From assembly GCA_944391835.1 (NCBI GenBank), contig CALXVA010000001.1, positions 3,897 through 67,896 of the forward strand: a stretch of DNA of 64,000 bases, given 5' to 3'. The DNA comes from an uncultured Clostridia bacterium (lineage in GTDB: Bacteria; Bacillota; Clostridia; TANB77; CAG-508). Shown here one piece after another: positions 9,713 through 20,495 of this stretch. The translations under genes and the position numbers were made by a program. The notes beneath the pieces are model-generated. The model was not told the origin of the DNA, did no database searches, and saw nothing but the letters and a program-made list of their open reading frames with translations. Within the stretch, counting starts at the first letter, position 1. Each line of letters opens with the position of its first letter.

Positions 9713-10507
9713 TTATTTTTTATTGTTTTCTATTATCCTCATAATTGTTCTTTTACTAATTCCTAATAGCCTAACTATCTGCTCTGTCTGAATTCCTTCA
9801 ATTTGAGTTATTTTATAAATATATTTATTTCTAGTCTCTTTACTATATAATAAAATCTCTAGCAGATTCTCCACTCCGATAACTGTTTTTATATATTGTA
9901 TTGCATCTTCGTCACTCAATTCTCCCTCAGTTTCTAATTCTATTTTCAAGTATTCTTTATTATCAATCTCAGCATTATATTTTATAAACTGTTTTAATGC
10001 TTCTTCCTTAACGTCTCCAAATAGGCTAAGTATAAAATCCGTATCTGTTATGCCAAAATCTTTTTGTCCGATGTATTCTTGGTAACTACTCCATTCATAT
10101 ACATCTATGCTACTCATTTTTGCCTTACATGGATTATTATGTATATATCTTATTAAATTAAATAAGTATTTATCATCATTTACACTAATACTTCTATATC
10201 TATCTTGAAATAAATGTCCGACTCTATTATATTCCTTATTAAAATACTTAGCATATGAAGAACATAATTTATGCATTATTTTAGACATTCTATCATTTTC
10301 ATCATATATTACAAAGTGTACGTGATTAGTCATTAAAACAAAAAGATACACCCTAAAACTGTATTCTTCTTTTGTTTTCTTCAATAGATTTATAAATTTT
10401 TTTCTATCATTTTCGCATGTAAATATATCTTGCTTATTATTTCCTCTAATAATTATATGATATGTTTTAGTAATAGTTTTTAAATTTTCTCGTGCTATAC
10501 GGGGCAT
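9713..10507 (-). mobile_element. IS200/IS605-like Y1 (HuH) transposase with C-terminal DnaA-like HTH; RayT-like REP-associated tyrosine transposase candidate
   Basis: HuH motif LMTNHVHFVI and downstream conserved Tyr region (RYIHNNP); C-terminal HTH (LLGISKRTIMRIIENN); start MPRIAREN at 10507 after AAAGGAG; REP-like elements within ~200 bp on both sides. Confidence 0.7.
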
Positions 10508-10695
10508 TATTTTTTCTCCTTTCATTGTTTTTTATTAGTTTATTTTAGAATATTAAAATCACATTTAACCCCTATATCATATTTTTATTTGAACATAAGC
10601 CACATTAAAAATATAGCACATTTTTTATAAATATGCTATATTTTTCACTAAATATTTACAATTTATTATGTTATCTATACTGTCTAATTGCTCAA

Positions 10696-10746
10696 CCTGT
10701 CCCTAAAGGTGCCAAATGGCACTTTGGTGACAGGCACTAAAGTGCC
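10696..10746. repeat. REP-like element family 1 (inverted orientation relative to 9653 copy)
   Basis: CCTGTCCCtaaagGTGCCAAATGGCACtttgGTGACAGGCACtaaaGTGCC. Confidence 0.8.
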
Positions 10747-12674
10747 AAAATGAACATTGCGTGTGACCATGCAAGACCTATTACCCAATTTGGTTGCATT
10801 GTGTGGTTGTCTATTTGTTCTCCTAAAAATCCATGCTTATTACTGCTATTTATTATAAAATCTATACATTCTTGTGCTTTTTTCTTTTCACCTATTTCTT
10901 TGTAGTACATTGCCATCCATAATGTTGAAATTGCCCAAGGGCTATTTCCTCCTCTATAGTGGTCTCCTTCAAATCTTAGATAGCCTCCTGTGTATGTTCT
11001 AAGTCTCATGTTTATTTTTTCTATTGTGTTGGTTATTTTCTTTTCGTTTGGTTTGTACATTTTAAATGGTACTACTGTTCCTAATACGCTTATGTCTGTT
11101 ACTTCGTCGTTTGTGTTTCTTTTTAATGTTTTTGTGTTTTCGTTATACATATTCGCTTTTATGTATTTGTCCATTTCTTTTTTATAAAAGTCTATCTTTT
11201 TACTTAATTTATTTATGCTTTCTAGTTTTAATCTATTTTTTTCTTCGTATTCTGGTTTTAGAATTTCATACATTTCTAGAATTGCATTAAATGCTGAGTA
11301 GATGCTTGCAAGTGAATATAAATGTACTCCTTCATGCATCTCCCACAAATCATAGCTTACTGGTAGCTTGTTTCTTTCTTCTGTGTGATATGTTTTTTCT
11401 ATTTCATTTTTTACTATATCGCTATCATCATGTAATCCTAAAATGTTGTCCATATATATGCACAAGAATTTTACTGCGCTCTCACACATTTTTAGCATAT
11501 CTTTTAAGAATTTTTTGTCCTTTGTAACTTTATAATGTTCATATGCACCATATACTACTCCTGCTGTTTCGTCTATTTGATATCCCCAGCAAGGTGCTAA
11601 ACGTCCGTCTGTGTAGAATCTTTGTTCCCACATTCCATTTCTGCTTTGTGTGTTTTTGCAAAATACTTTGTAGAATCTTTCTGTTTCTTTATTCATTTTT
11701 AACTTATCGAATGCTCTTGTTATAAATACTGCATCACGTGGCCAACAATATCCATATCTACCACATTGGGTTAGATTTTCATCTACTTCTACTGCTGCTG
11801 CAACTCCTCCTGTTTCTTTGTTTGTTAGCAGTGGAAATAGCAATATGCTCCTTTTATATACCTTATTAAATTTTTTATTATACTCACTATTTTCTTCTTT
11901 TAGTTCTATATTGATATGTTCTTTTACATATTTTTTCCAATATTTTTGTACTGAACTTTGTTCTGCTTCTACGTCTTGCTTTCTAATATTTTCTATGTTC
12001 TTCCACATTTCCTCTGCATTAACTTTATCGTTTTCTAGAATGTATAAATATATAACAAGTTCTTTAGTTTCACCTGGTTTGATAACTCCAAGTTCATAAT
12101 TTATGCTAGAGTCTGAACTCATACCTATATAGTCTTTATCATGTATTACACCACTTTCTATGTTATTGTCTGTATCGTTTAACTGATGTGCATTTATATT
12201 CTTTTTAGAAAACATACACAATGTGTTATTATGACTATATTGCATTAACACATTGTTTTCTATTTTCGAGCCTACCATATTGTTTGGATTTGATAATAGT
12301 TTTGAGTGTACTAAAAAGTTTACATTCAAATCTATTGAGTTGTTATTTTTGAATATATATCTTTTTATCAAAACACTATTTTTCATAGATACAAAATCTA
12401 TTTGCTTAATTTGCAAATTAAAATATGTGTTTTCTATTTCGGTGTTTAATATATTTGTATCTTCTGTATAATACTGATTGTATCTATTGTTTTGGTCTTG
12501 ATGTAAATAAATTATGCAAGAGTCATTTATTTTGACTCCTGTATGAAAAAAATCTAAAAATTGTTTAAAGTCTGGTGTATTGTACATTAACCTTAGCATT
12601 TCACCATGATATGTGAAGCTTGCAGTTATATCTTTTCCTCCAATTATTGCATCATTAAAATACTTGTTTTTCAT
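10737..12674 (-). CDS. glycoside hydrolase family 15 (glucoamylase/glucodextranase-like) protein
   Basis: GH15 hallmarks GYCWPRDAVFITRAF and catalytic-region SYDLWEMHEG; likely start MKNKYF at 12674 after AGGAGAG; the last codons (ILAL*) are read from the REP element. Confidence 0.65.
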   Translation of the reverse strand: MKNKYFNDAIIGGKDITASFTYHGEMLRLMYNTPDFKQFLDFFHTGVKINDSCIIYLHQDQNNRYNQYYTEDTNILNTEIENTYFNLQIKQIDFVSMKNSVLIKRYIFKNNNSIDLNVNFLVHSKLLSNPNNMVGSKIENNVLMQYSHNNTLCMFSKKNINAHQLNDTDNNIESGVIHDKDYIGMSSDSSINYELGVIKPGETKELVIYLYILENDKVNAEEMWKNIENIRKQDVEAEQSSVQKYWKKYVKEHINIELKEENSEYNKKFNKVYKRSILLFPLLTNKETGGVAAAVEVDENLTQCGRYGYCWPRDAVFITRAFDKLKMNKETERFYKVFCKNTQSRNGMWEQRFYTDGRLAPCWGYQIDETAGVVYGAYEHYKVTKDKKFLKDMLKMCESAVKFLCIYMDNILGLHDDSDIVKNEIEKTYHTEERNKLPVSYDLWEMHEGVHLYSLASIYSAFNAILEMYEILKPEYEEKNRLKLESINKLSKKIDFYKKEMDKYIKANMYNENTKTLKRNTNDEVTDISVLGTVVPFKMYKPNEKKITNTIEKINMRLRTYTGGYLRFEGDHYRGGNSPWAISTLWMAMYYKEIGEKKKAQECIDFIINSSNKHGFLGEQIDNHTMQPNWVIGLAWSHAMFILAL

Positions 12675-12755
12675 CTGTTTATCTCTCCTCATTTTATTTT
12701 TGCTATAACATTTTCTTGTCAATCATTAAAATTCTGATTTTTTCTAAAAGGCTTT

Positions 12756-14405
12756 TTAAGCATTTTCTACTATTTTTACTATTTGCGCTTCTAATTCTTT
12801 TAGTCTTTCCTTTATTCTAATTATATCTGCATCTGCATTATCTTTTTCTAGATATTCTTCTTTAACAATAGTAGACATATCTTCCAATTCTTCTTTCAAA
12901 GTGTTCATTCTTTCTAGCACTTCTAATCTTAGGTATCTTTCTCTTGCTTTATTTTCTGTCTTGCCTATCATTGCAATCTCTTCGCCTATTCCATAAGTTT
13001 CTCCATAGTCTGGAATTGTTATTGGAATATTTGTATTTTCCTCTAACTTTTGTTTTAATACTATTTGTCCTTCTGGTTCTCCATGGACTAAAAAGATGTG
13101 CTTTGGTGGAGTGGTAAATGAATATACAAAATTCATAAGCCATTCTTGGTCAGCATGTCCAGAATATCCTTCTATATATTCAATTCTAGCATTTACAGCT
13201 ATTTCTTCTCCAAATATTTTTACCTTTTTTTCTCCATCTACTAATTTTCTACCAAGTGTTCCTGGTGCTTGATATCCTACAAATAGAATTGTACTATTTG
13301 GCTCCCATAAATGATGTTTTAAATGATGTTTTATTCTTCCAACCTCGCACATGCCACTTGCTGATATTATTATTGAAGATTCTTCGCTTGCATTAAGTGC
13401 TTTTGATTCGTCTGCAGTTCTAGTAAATTTTAGTCCATTAAATTCTAGTGGATTATCTCCATCATTTATTATAGCTTGAGTTTCTTCGTTAAATAAATTC
13501 ATATTTTCTTTAAACACTTCTGTTGCAGAGATTGCAAGTGGGCTATCCACATACACTGGGACACTCATCAGTTTTTGGTATTTTTTAGAAAATTCCTCGT
13601 CATCTTTTTTGTCTTTGATTCTATTTAGTTCATACAAAATTTCTTGAGTTCTACCCACTGCAAATGATGGTATAACTACTGTTCCACCTTTTTCTAAAGT
13701 CTCGTATACTACATTCAAAAAGATTTCTGCTTTGTCATCATTTCTCATATGAAGTCTATTTCCATAAGTAGATTCCATTATCAAATAATCTGCATCACTT
13801 ATCATTGTTGGTGGTGATAAAAGAGGAATATCATTATTTCCTAAGTCCCCTGTAAATACAATTTTTTTAGTTTCTCCATTTTCTGTAATCCACACTTCTA
13901 TAATGCTTGACCCTAGCATGTGTCCTGCATCATTAAATCTTGCTTTTATATTTTCGTCTATATCTACTATCTCGTTATATTGCACTGGTCTGAATATTTC
14001 TAAAGATTTTGCTGCATCTTCTGCCGTATATATTGGTGGAATTGTTTTTTCTCCTTTTCTTTCTCTTTTTTTATTCTTCCACTCTGCTTCCATTTCTTGA
14101 ATATGTCCACTATCAGGAAGCATTATTGAGCATAAGTCACATGTTGCTTTTGTTGCAATAACCTCATTTCTATATCCCTCATTATATAGCTTAGGTATTC
14201 TTCCAGAGTGATCTATATGTGCATGTGTAAGTAACATAAAATCTATTTCATCCACATTAAATAAAAATGGTGCTTCATTTTCAAATTCGTCTGCAGCAGA
14301 CCCTTGGTACATTCCACAATCTACTAAGAATTTTTTTCCTGCTCCCTCTACTAAAAAGTTAGAACCTGTTACCGTTTTTGTAGCTCCTAAAAAAGTTACT
14401 TTCAT
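12756..14405 (-). CDS. MBL-fold beta-CASP ribonuclease (CPSF/TTHA0252-like) with C-terminal coiled-coil extension
   Basis: N-terminus MKVTFLGATKTVTGSNFLVEGAGKKFLVDCGMYQG, HAHIDHSG zinc motif, beta-CASP region; ~70-aa Lys/Glu-rich tail. Confidence 0.7.
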   Translation of the reverse strand: MKVTFLGATKTVTGSNFLVEGAGKKFLVDCGMYQGSAADEFENEAPFLFNVDEIDFMLLTHAHIDHSGRIPKLYNEGYRNEVIATKATCDLCSIMLPDSGHIQEMEAEWKNKKRERKGEKTIPPIYTAEDAAKSLEIFRPVQYNEIVDIDENIKARFNDAGHMLGSSIIEVWITENGETKKIVFTGDLGNNDIPLLSPPTMISDADYLIMESTYGNRLHMRNDDKAEIFLNVVYETLEKGGTVVIPSFAVGRTQEILYELNRIKDKKDDEEFSKKYQKLMSVPVYVDSPLAISATEVFKENMNLFNEETQAIINDGDNPLEFNGLKFTRTADESKALNASEESSIIISASGMCEVGRIKHHLKHHLWEPNSTILFVGYQAPGTLGRKLVDGEKKVKIFGEEIAVNARIEYIEGYSGHADQEWLMNFVYSFTTPPKHIFLVHGEPEGQIVLKQKLEENTNIPITIPDYGETYGIGEEIAMIGKTENKARERYLRLEVLERMNTLKEELEDMSTIVKEEYLEKDNADADIIRIKERLKELEAQIVKIVENA

Positions 14406-14481
14406 TCAATTTCTCCTTTCAAACACAAATTTGCTTTTCTTATGTTACTAGAAAAAGTCCATTTTTTTGATACTTTAGTAT

Positions 14482-15972
14482 TTAAATAAACAACTTTATC
14501 TTCTTTTTTATTTTTACATTATCTATATCTATTTTTTTTGTAATTTCTATAATAGTGTCATCATAATATTCAACAGTTAAAACCTTATTTTGATACGAAC
14601 ATTGTATGTTTAAGTTTTGCAAACTAATCATCTTAGTATCAAATATTTCTCTTAAAATTGTATATGTTAAAACCTTATCCTCTGAAAAATTATCCCAGAT
14701 TTTAAGTTCTTGTGCTTTTTTTATTATAAGCTTAATAATTTCTTCAAATTTTGGATTTAAAGCCTCCATGTCTTTCATATATAGATTTTCATTTATTGGT
14801 ATATATCTATAACATCTTATTTTATATATCCAACTAATTAACTTTTCTTTATGCTCTTCATTTATTTTTAGTATTATACTTTTTGCTTGTTCTAAAAATT
14901 CAGTAGCTAGTTCTATCAAAGCTGTATCTTTATTAGTATCTATAATATCATTTAAGAACTTTACTTCTTCTTCTAATTTGCTTTTTTGCTCTACAAATTC
15001 TTTTGGTAAAATTATTTTATTGCATTCTTCTATTTTTTGTATTAAGTCAGCTCTTTCTTTGTCTAATATTCCTGCCAAATAGCTCACACTAAATATTTTC
15101 TGCTTATTAGGTAGTTTTTCGTTTCTAGCATAGTATTCCTTTCTTAGTAGTTCGTTATTATTTAGTAATTTATCTATTCTTTCTATTTCTTTTGAGTAGT
15201 CCTTTTTTTCTTGAGAAATTTGATTTATAAACTCTCTTTTGTTATCAAATAATTTTAGTCTCTCTTGTTTTTGTTTTCTCAAGTTTTCAAAGTTTTCATT
15301 ATATTCCAAATCATTTGCTTCACTTAAATATTTTTTTATAGCCATCTTAGAAATTATATTAAACAATTTTTTTTGATTTTTATTGTTTATACCTTTTCTA
15401 CCATTAACCAATAACATAGTTTGATAAATGTAATTATATTCTATGTCTTTTATTTTACTTCTATCTATATCCCATGACCAACCATTAAAATCTCGTATTA
15501 CCTGAGCCTCCGAATCTACTTTTCCAATTTTTAATAATAAAAATATTGGGGTCTCCATATATTCATAAGGCATTTCAAGCCAAGTCTGCGTTGCATCCAA
15601 AGTTAATATTGCAGTTAATATTACAAGTTCGTTTTGAAAGCACACTATTTCTCCATTTTTTCTGTCTACTTTATATAATAGATTGTTTTTTTCTAAATTT
15701 TCTGCCTCTGGAGTTCCAGATTTTACTAAAAATATTTTTAAACATTTTTCTTTTATTATGTTAAATAAATTTTCTATATATTCTCTTTTAGATGGAACTT
15801 CTACATCTACTACTTCATAATCTTTATATGCATTTTCAATTTTATATAACATACTTAGCAACAAATTTTTCACATCATATGAAAATAATTTGTTTTCTAA
15901 AATCTTCTCTAATTCGTTATTATAATCTTTTATGTCAATGTTTAATTTCGATAGAATTTTACTTTTCTCCAT
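14482..15972 (-). CDS. hypothetical 496-aa Lys/Glu-rich coiled-coil protein
   Basis: long ORF with no motif I can assign; likely co-transcribed with the beta-CASP RNase (77-bp spacer). Confidence 0.4.
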   Translation of the reverse strand: MEKSKILSKLNIDIKDYNNELEKILENKLFSYDVKNLLLSMLYKIENAYKDYEVVDVEVPSKREYIENLFNIIKEKCLKIFLVKSGTPEAENLEKNNLLYKVDRKNGEIVCFQNELVILTAILTLDATQTWLEMPYEYMETPIFLLLKIGKVDSEAQVIRDFNGWSWDIDRSKIKDIEYNYIYQTMLLVNGRKGINNKNQKKLFNIISKMAIKKYLSEANDLEYNENFENLRKQKQERLKLFDNKREFINQISQEKKDYSKEIERIDKLLNNNELLRKEYYARNEKLPNKQKIFSVSYLAGILDKERADLIQKIEECNKIILPKEFVEQKSKLEEEVKFLNDIIDTNKDTALIELATEFLEQAKSIILKINEEHKEKLISWIYKIRCYRYIPINENLYMKDMEALNPKFEEIIKLIIKKAQELKIWDNFSEDKVLTYTILREIFDTKMISLQNLNIQCSYQNKVLTVEYYDDTIIEITKKIDIDNVKIKKKIKLFI

Positions 15973-15995
15973 AAAATTATAATTCCTTCCTACTG

Positions 15996-18398
15996 TTATT
16001 CATTACTGCTCATCTTAAGTTCTTCCCATCTTTCCTTAGTCATAAGCACTTCACGAGGCTTACTTCCTTGGAAACCTGATATTATTCCTCTCTCTTCCAT
16101 TTGATCTATAATTCTTCCCGCTCTAGCATAGCCAACCTTAAAACGTCTTTGAATAAATGATGTAGATGCTTGTCCTGTTTCAACAACAACATCTATGGCA
16201 TCCATAAGCAATGGATCAGTATTATCATCCTCATCTTGGCTATCTATTTCTTTATCTGTACTATTTGAGTTTTCAATTTGTTGTAAAATATCATCATTGT
16301 ATGTAGCTTCGCCATTATTTTTAATAAAGTCAACTATTTTTTCTACTTCTTTATCAGAAATAAATGCCCCTTGTATTCTAGTTGGTTTTGGAGCTCCTGC
16401 TGGATAGAATAACATATCTCCTTTACCTAGTAATTTTTCTGCACCTGCCATATCTAAAATTGTTCTAGAGTCTACTTGAGAAGATACAGAAAATGCAATT
16501 CTTGATGGTATGTTTGCTTTAATTATACCAGTAATTACATCTACAGATGGTCTTTGAGTAGCTATTACCAAGTGCATACCTGCAGCTCTTGCCATTTGTG
16601 CTAGTCTACAAATAGAATCTTCTACGTCTTTTGGTGAAACCATCATTAAGTCTGATAACTCATCAATAATTATTACAATTTGTGGTAATTTTTGTCCTTC
16701 GCCTTCTTCTTCTAAAGCTGCATTATACCCCTTAATGTCTCTTACATTCTTACTTGCAAATAAACTATATCTATTTACCATTTCTTGTACTGCCCACGCA
16801 AGCGCTCCTGCTGCCTTTTTAGGATCTGTAACTACAGGAATAAGCAAATGTGGAATTCCGTTATACACAGAAAGTTCAACCACTTTTGGGTCTACCATTA
16901 CAAGTTTTACTTCACTTGGTTTTGCTTTATAAATTATACTAGCTATCAATGTATTTATACATACAGATTTACCTGAACCTGTAGCTCCTGCAATAAGTAC
17001 GTGAGGCATTTTTGCGATATCTGCAACAACTTCTTCTCCTGCTACATCTTTTCCTAATGCAAATGCTAATTTCGATTTGTGATTTTTAAAACTATCGCTA
17101 TCTATTATATCTCTTAATGGCACAATTTCATTTTCTTTGTTTGGCACTTCAATTCCTACTGCTTGTTTACCAGGTATTGGTGCTTCAATTCTAATAGTTT
17201 CTGCTGCTAAGCTAAGTGCTATATCATCTGCTAGGTTTGCTATTTTGCTTACTCTAACACCTTCTGCAGGTTTTAATTCGTACCTTGTAATAGCAGGTCC
17301 GACTGATACATTTTCAACTTTAGCCGATACTCCAAAGCTATATAATGTTTTTTGTAATCTTGTAGCTGTATCTGCAACAGCTTTTTTGCCACCTTTTATA
17401 GCTTTTTTATCACCTTCTGCTAATAACTGTATTGGTGGAAATTCATAGTGCTCATCTTCTACAGTTAATGTATGTTCTAGTTGTAATACTTGTTTTACTT
17501 TTTCTTCTTTCGTTTCCTGCTCTTCTTTAAACAGATTTGCTTCTATTTCATCTGGATTTGATTTTTCTTTTTCCTCTTTTTTGTCTTTTACTCTACCATT
17601 TATATTAAATGGTATTAGGTCATCATTAGTATGATCATACTTTTTAAGTTTTTTATCTTTTCTTTTTCCGTCATTATCAGAATCATCATTTAAATTTATA
17701 GTTAATTGCTCTGCTAATTGTTCTGCTTCTCTTTTTTGCTCTTCTTTTTCTCTTAATCTACGCTCTTTTTTAGTTTCTTTTCTTTCTTCTACATCTTCTT
17801 GAATTCTAGCAAGCTTAGCTTCTTCTCTCTCTGCTCTTCTTTCTTCTTTTTCTTCTCTTTTTGTATCAATAAAATCTGCAATCATCTCAGCAGGCTTTAT
17901 TCCAAATATAAATACTAGTAATATTGCTCCAATTCCTATACACAAGATTACAGTTCCAATTTCTCCAAGTAACCCTATAAGTCCAAAAGCCATTGCAGTT
18001 CCTATTGCTCCACCACCACTATTAGTTTCTCCTAATTCATATCCTCTTTCTACAACTGATGAAAAATCTCCAGTTTCATCTAAGTTACCGTTTGAAAATT
18101 GAAATACACTAAGTACAGTAGCTATACAAAGTAAAAAAATTCCATACTGTATTAGTTTTGATATTAAATATTCTTTTTCCTCTGAAGTCATATATATAGC
18201 TATTAAAAATGTTCCTATTGGAATTATATATTTTATAGCTCCCATTATTCCACCTAAAATAGGGCTTAAATGTTCTCCTATATAACCTGATTTTGTATAT
18301 ATAAGTATTGCTAGTAAAATACTTATTAAAATCATAACTACTACTGCTACATTTATATCTAATCCCTTTTTTTTGCTTCTTTTTCCTCGTTTTGCCAA
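15996..18398 (-). CDS. ftsK: DNA translocase FtsK/SpoIIIE family
   Basis: N-terminal TM helices, acidic linker, motor domain (GATGSGKS Walker A, ATQRPS), C-terminal gamma domain. Confidence 0.9.
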   Translation of the reverse strand: MAKRGKRSKKKGLDINVAVVVMILISILLAILIYTKSGYIGEHLSPILGGIMGAIKYIIPIGTFLIAIYMTSEEKEYLISKLIQYGIFLLCIATVLSVFQFSNGNLDETGDFSSVVERGYELGETNSGGGAIGTAMAFGLIGLLGEIGTVILCIGIGAILLVFIFGIKPAEMIADFIDTKREEKEERRAEREEAKLARIQEDVEERKETKKERRLREKEEQKREAEQLAEQLTINLNDDSDNDGKRKDKKLKKYDHTNDDLIPFNINGRVKDKKEEKEKSNPDEIEANLFKEEQETKEEKVKQVLQLEHTLTVEDEHYEFPPIQLLAEGDKKAIKGGKKAVADTATRLQKTLYSFGVSAKVENVSVGPAITRYELKPAEGVRVSKIANLADDIALSLAAETIRIEAPIPGKQAVGIEVPNKENEIVPLRDIIDSDSFKNHKSKLAFALGKDVAGEEVVADIAKMPHVLIAGATGSGKSVCINTLIASIIYKAKPSEVKLVMVDPKVVELSVYNGIPHLLIPVVTDPKKAAGALAWAVQEMVNRYSLFASKNVRDIKGYNAALEEEGEGQKLPQIVIIIDELSDLMMVSPKDVEDSICRLAQMARAAGMHLVIATQRPSVDVITGIIKANIPSRIAFSVSSQVDSRTILDMAGAEKLLGKGDMLFYPAGAPKPTRIQGAFISDKEVEKIVDFIKNNGEATYNDDILQQIENSNSTDKEIDSQDEDDNTDPLLMDAIDVVVETGQASTSFIQRRFKVGYARAGRIIDQMEERGIISGFQGSKPREVLMTKERWEELKMSSNE

Positions 18399-18534
18399 AG
18401 TATTTTCCTCCTTCGAAAATATCTTTTTTTGGTATATCCCTTGGTATTATATCACAAGGTTATATAAAAGCAAACAGAATTTTAAAATTGTAATAAAAAT
18501 GTAACATTTTGTTACTTTTCACAGTTGTTTTAGT

Positions 18535-18737
18535 TATATAGTTCCTAGGCAGTATGTATATTTATCAAATTTTTTTGTTCCTTGGTGTCGCAACCATTTT
18601 ATAATAAAAAGAAAATAAATTTTTCTTTTTATTATAAAATGGTTGCTCCAAATCGCACTCGCTTCAGAGAAGCTCGTTTGGTCGCTTACGCGTCACTACA
18701 AAAATTCTCTAAATATACATACTACCTAGGATAAAAG
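18535..18737. repeat. compound palindromic element: outer 24-bp inverted repeats (TCCTAGGcAGTATGTATATTTA) enclosing a perfect 26-bp-arm AT hairpin (18590-18646) and a GC-rich block
   Basis: 18590-18646 gcaaccattttataataaaaagaaaa-taaat-ttttctttttattataaaatggttgc; outer IR 18542-18565 vs 18710-18733. Confidence 0.7.
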
Positions 18738-18743
18738 TAAAAA

Positions 18744-18776
18744 CGTGGACAAAAAGGAGTGTCCCCTTTGTCCACG
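18744..18776. repeat. REP-like element family 2 (GTGGACAAA..GGAGTGTCCCC..TTTGTCCAC hairpin)
   Basis: cGTGGACAAAAAGGAGTGTCCCCTTTGTCCACg; other copies at 27328, 32119, 32194, 35998, 36076. Confidence 0.8.
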
Positions 18777-18784
18777 TCTGCTAT

Positions 18785-19222
18785 CTACTTTAACTCTTTT
18801 CTATTATTTTGTATTATTTTTAGGGCATCTTCTAGTGCCACTTCAATTCCTGCTAAAATGCCATCTGCATATTCCTCGGTTCCACTTTTTATTTCTCTTG
18901 ACATCTCATTTGCTGTCTCTATTATTTCTACTTTCTTCTCATAAGCTTTTTTAGTAATCTCATGTTCATCTATCATAGATATAATTCTATTTTCTGCTTC
19001 TTTAATTATTTCATCAGCTTCACTCTGAGCTTCAACTAATATTCTTTGTCTTTCTTCTTTTATCCATTTTGCTTGTTTTAGTTCATCAGGTAATTTTAAC
19101 CTTACTTCTTTTATTATATCTAAAATATCATCTTTATTTACTATGCATTTACTTGAGAATGGTACTTTTCTACTTTTATCCAGCATATCTTCTAATGTTT
19201 CCAATAAAGTAAATATTTCCAT
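18785..19222 (-). CDS. hypothetical coiled-coil protein (145 aa)
   Basis: ORF downstream of rsmD; helical Glu/Lys-rich; no confident family assignment. Confidence 0.4.
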   Translation of the reverse strand: MEIFTLLETLEDMLDKSRKVPFSSKCIVNKDDILDIIKEVRLKLPDELKQAKWIKEERQRILVEAQSEADEIIKEAENRIISMIDEHEITKKAYEKKVEIIETANEMSREIKSGTEEYADGILAGIEVALEDALKIIQNNRKELK

Positions 19223-19226
19223 AATT

Positions 19227-19787
19227 TTACTCCTTTCGACTTAAGAATATTAGATAAACTCTGCCATATTTTCTTAAATCATATACTTCTACTTGTAACT
19301 CTTCTAATCCTTTTAACTCTCTTTCTTTTTCATCTGTTTCTATTATTATAATTCCATTTTTTCTTAATAAATCCAAAGAAATAATTTGGTCTACTGCTTT
19401 TAAAGCCAAATCATCCTTATATGGTGGGTCTATAAACACAACATCTATTTTAACATTTTCTTTTTGAAGTTCTTTTAAACACTTTTTATAGTCTTCTTCA
19501 TATACTTTAGATTTATCTAAAAATTTAGTTTTTTCAAGATTTTTATATATCATTTGAGTTGCTTCGTGAGATTTTTCACAAAAAAATACTTTTTTTGCAC
19601 CTCTACTTAAAAATTCTATTCCTATTGCTCCACTACCAGCAAATAAGTCCAGAGCTATACAACTTTCAATTTTTTCCCTAATTATATTAAATAAAGATTC
19701 TTTAACTCTATCTAAAGTTGGTCTTGTTGCAAGACTATCGATTGAATATAACTTTGTTCCTCTTGCTATACCACTAATGACTCTCAT
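19227..19787 (-). CDS. rsmD: 16S rRNA (guanine966-N2)-methyltransferase RsmD
   Basis: motifs LDLFAGSGAIGIE and VFIDPPY. Confidence 0.8.
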   Translation of the reverse strand: MRVISGIARGTKLYSIDSLATRPTLDRVKESLFNIIREKIESCIALDLFAGSGAIGIEFLSRGAKKVFFCEKSHEATQMIYKNLEKTKFLDKSKVYEEDYKKCLKELQKENVKIDVVFIDPPYKDDLALKAVDQIISLDLLRKNGIIIIETDEKERELKGLEELQVEVYDLRKYGRVYLIFLSRKE

Positions 19788-20010
19788 AACTACCTCTACT
19801 GATATATCATATATATATTTTATATTTTATTTTTTATATGTCAATATTTTTTACACAAATGTAATATTTATTTAACAGTTTTGTAATACTGTTATATTTC
19901 TGTAATATTACGCATAATACTTCGTATGTATTATATAATAAACTTTCAAGATTGTAAAGTTATTTATATACTATAAAAAGCTAGGTATATACCTAGCTTT
20001 TGTAAATCTA

Positions 20011-20463
20011 TTAATCATCTTTATTTACATCTTTTATTAACTCTAATTGAGATATTAATAGTGATTCCATTTTTGCTTTATATACATCAAATTGTTTCTT
20101 TAGGTCATCTAATTCTCTTGTTCTAATTGATATTTGTTGTTCTAGTTCCATTAATTGATTCTTTGCTGTTCCTTGTGCATCTCTTACTATTTGCTCTGCC
20201 TCTTGTTTTGCTACTTTTTTTATTTCATCAGCAGTACTCTGAGCCATTACTAAAGTATTTTGCAATGTTGATTCGATATTTTTATATTTTACAAGACTAG
20301 CTTCTAATTCTGATATTTTACCCTTATTTTCGTTTGATTCTTTATATAGCTTTTCATAGTCTACTGTTAATTCATCTAAAAAGTTATCTACCTCTTCTAC
20401 ACTATATCCGTTCATCATTTGTTTTGCAAATTTTTTATTCTCAATATCCAATGGTGTGTACAT
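20011..20463 (-). CDS. divIVA: cell-division protein DivIVA
   Basis: N-terminus YTPLDIENKKFAKQMMNGYSVEEVDNFLDEL matches the DivIVA lipid-binding domain, followed by coiled coil. Confidence 0.8.
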   Translation of the reverse strand: MYTPLDIENKKFAKQMMNGYSVEEVDNFLDELTVDYEKLYKESNENKGKISELEASLVKYKNIESTLQNTLVMAQSTADEIKKVAKQEAEQIVRDAQGTAKNQLMELEQQISIRTRELDDLKKQFDVYKAKMESLLISQLELIKDVNKDD

Positions 20464-20495
20464 ATTGTCCCCCCTAAGCTCTTTATATAACTATA

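Noticed and set aside
12949-13143. 64-aa minus-strand ORF 12949-13143
   Set aside because: It lies within the beta-CASP RNase gene in a different frame and has an Arg-rich nonsense-like translation.
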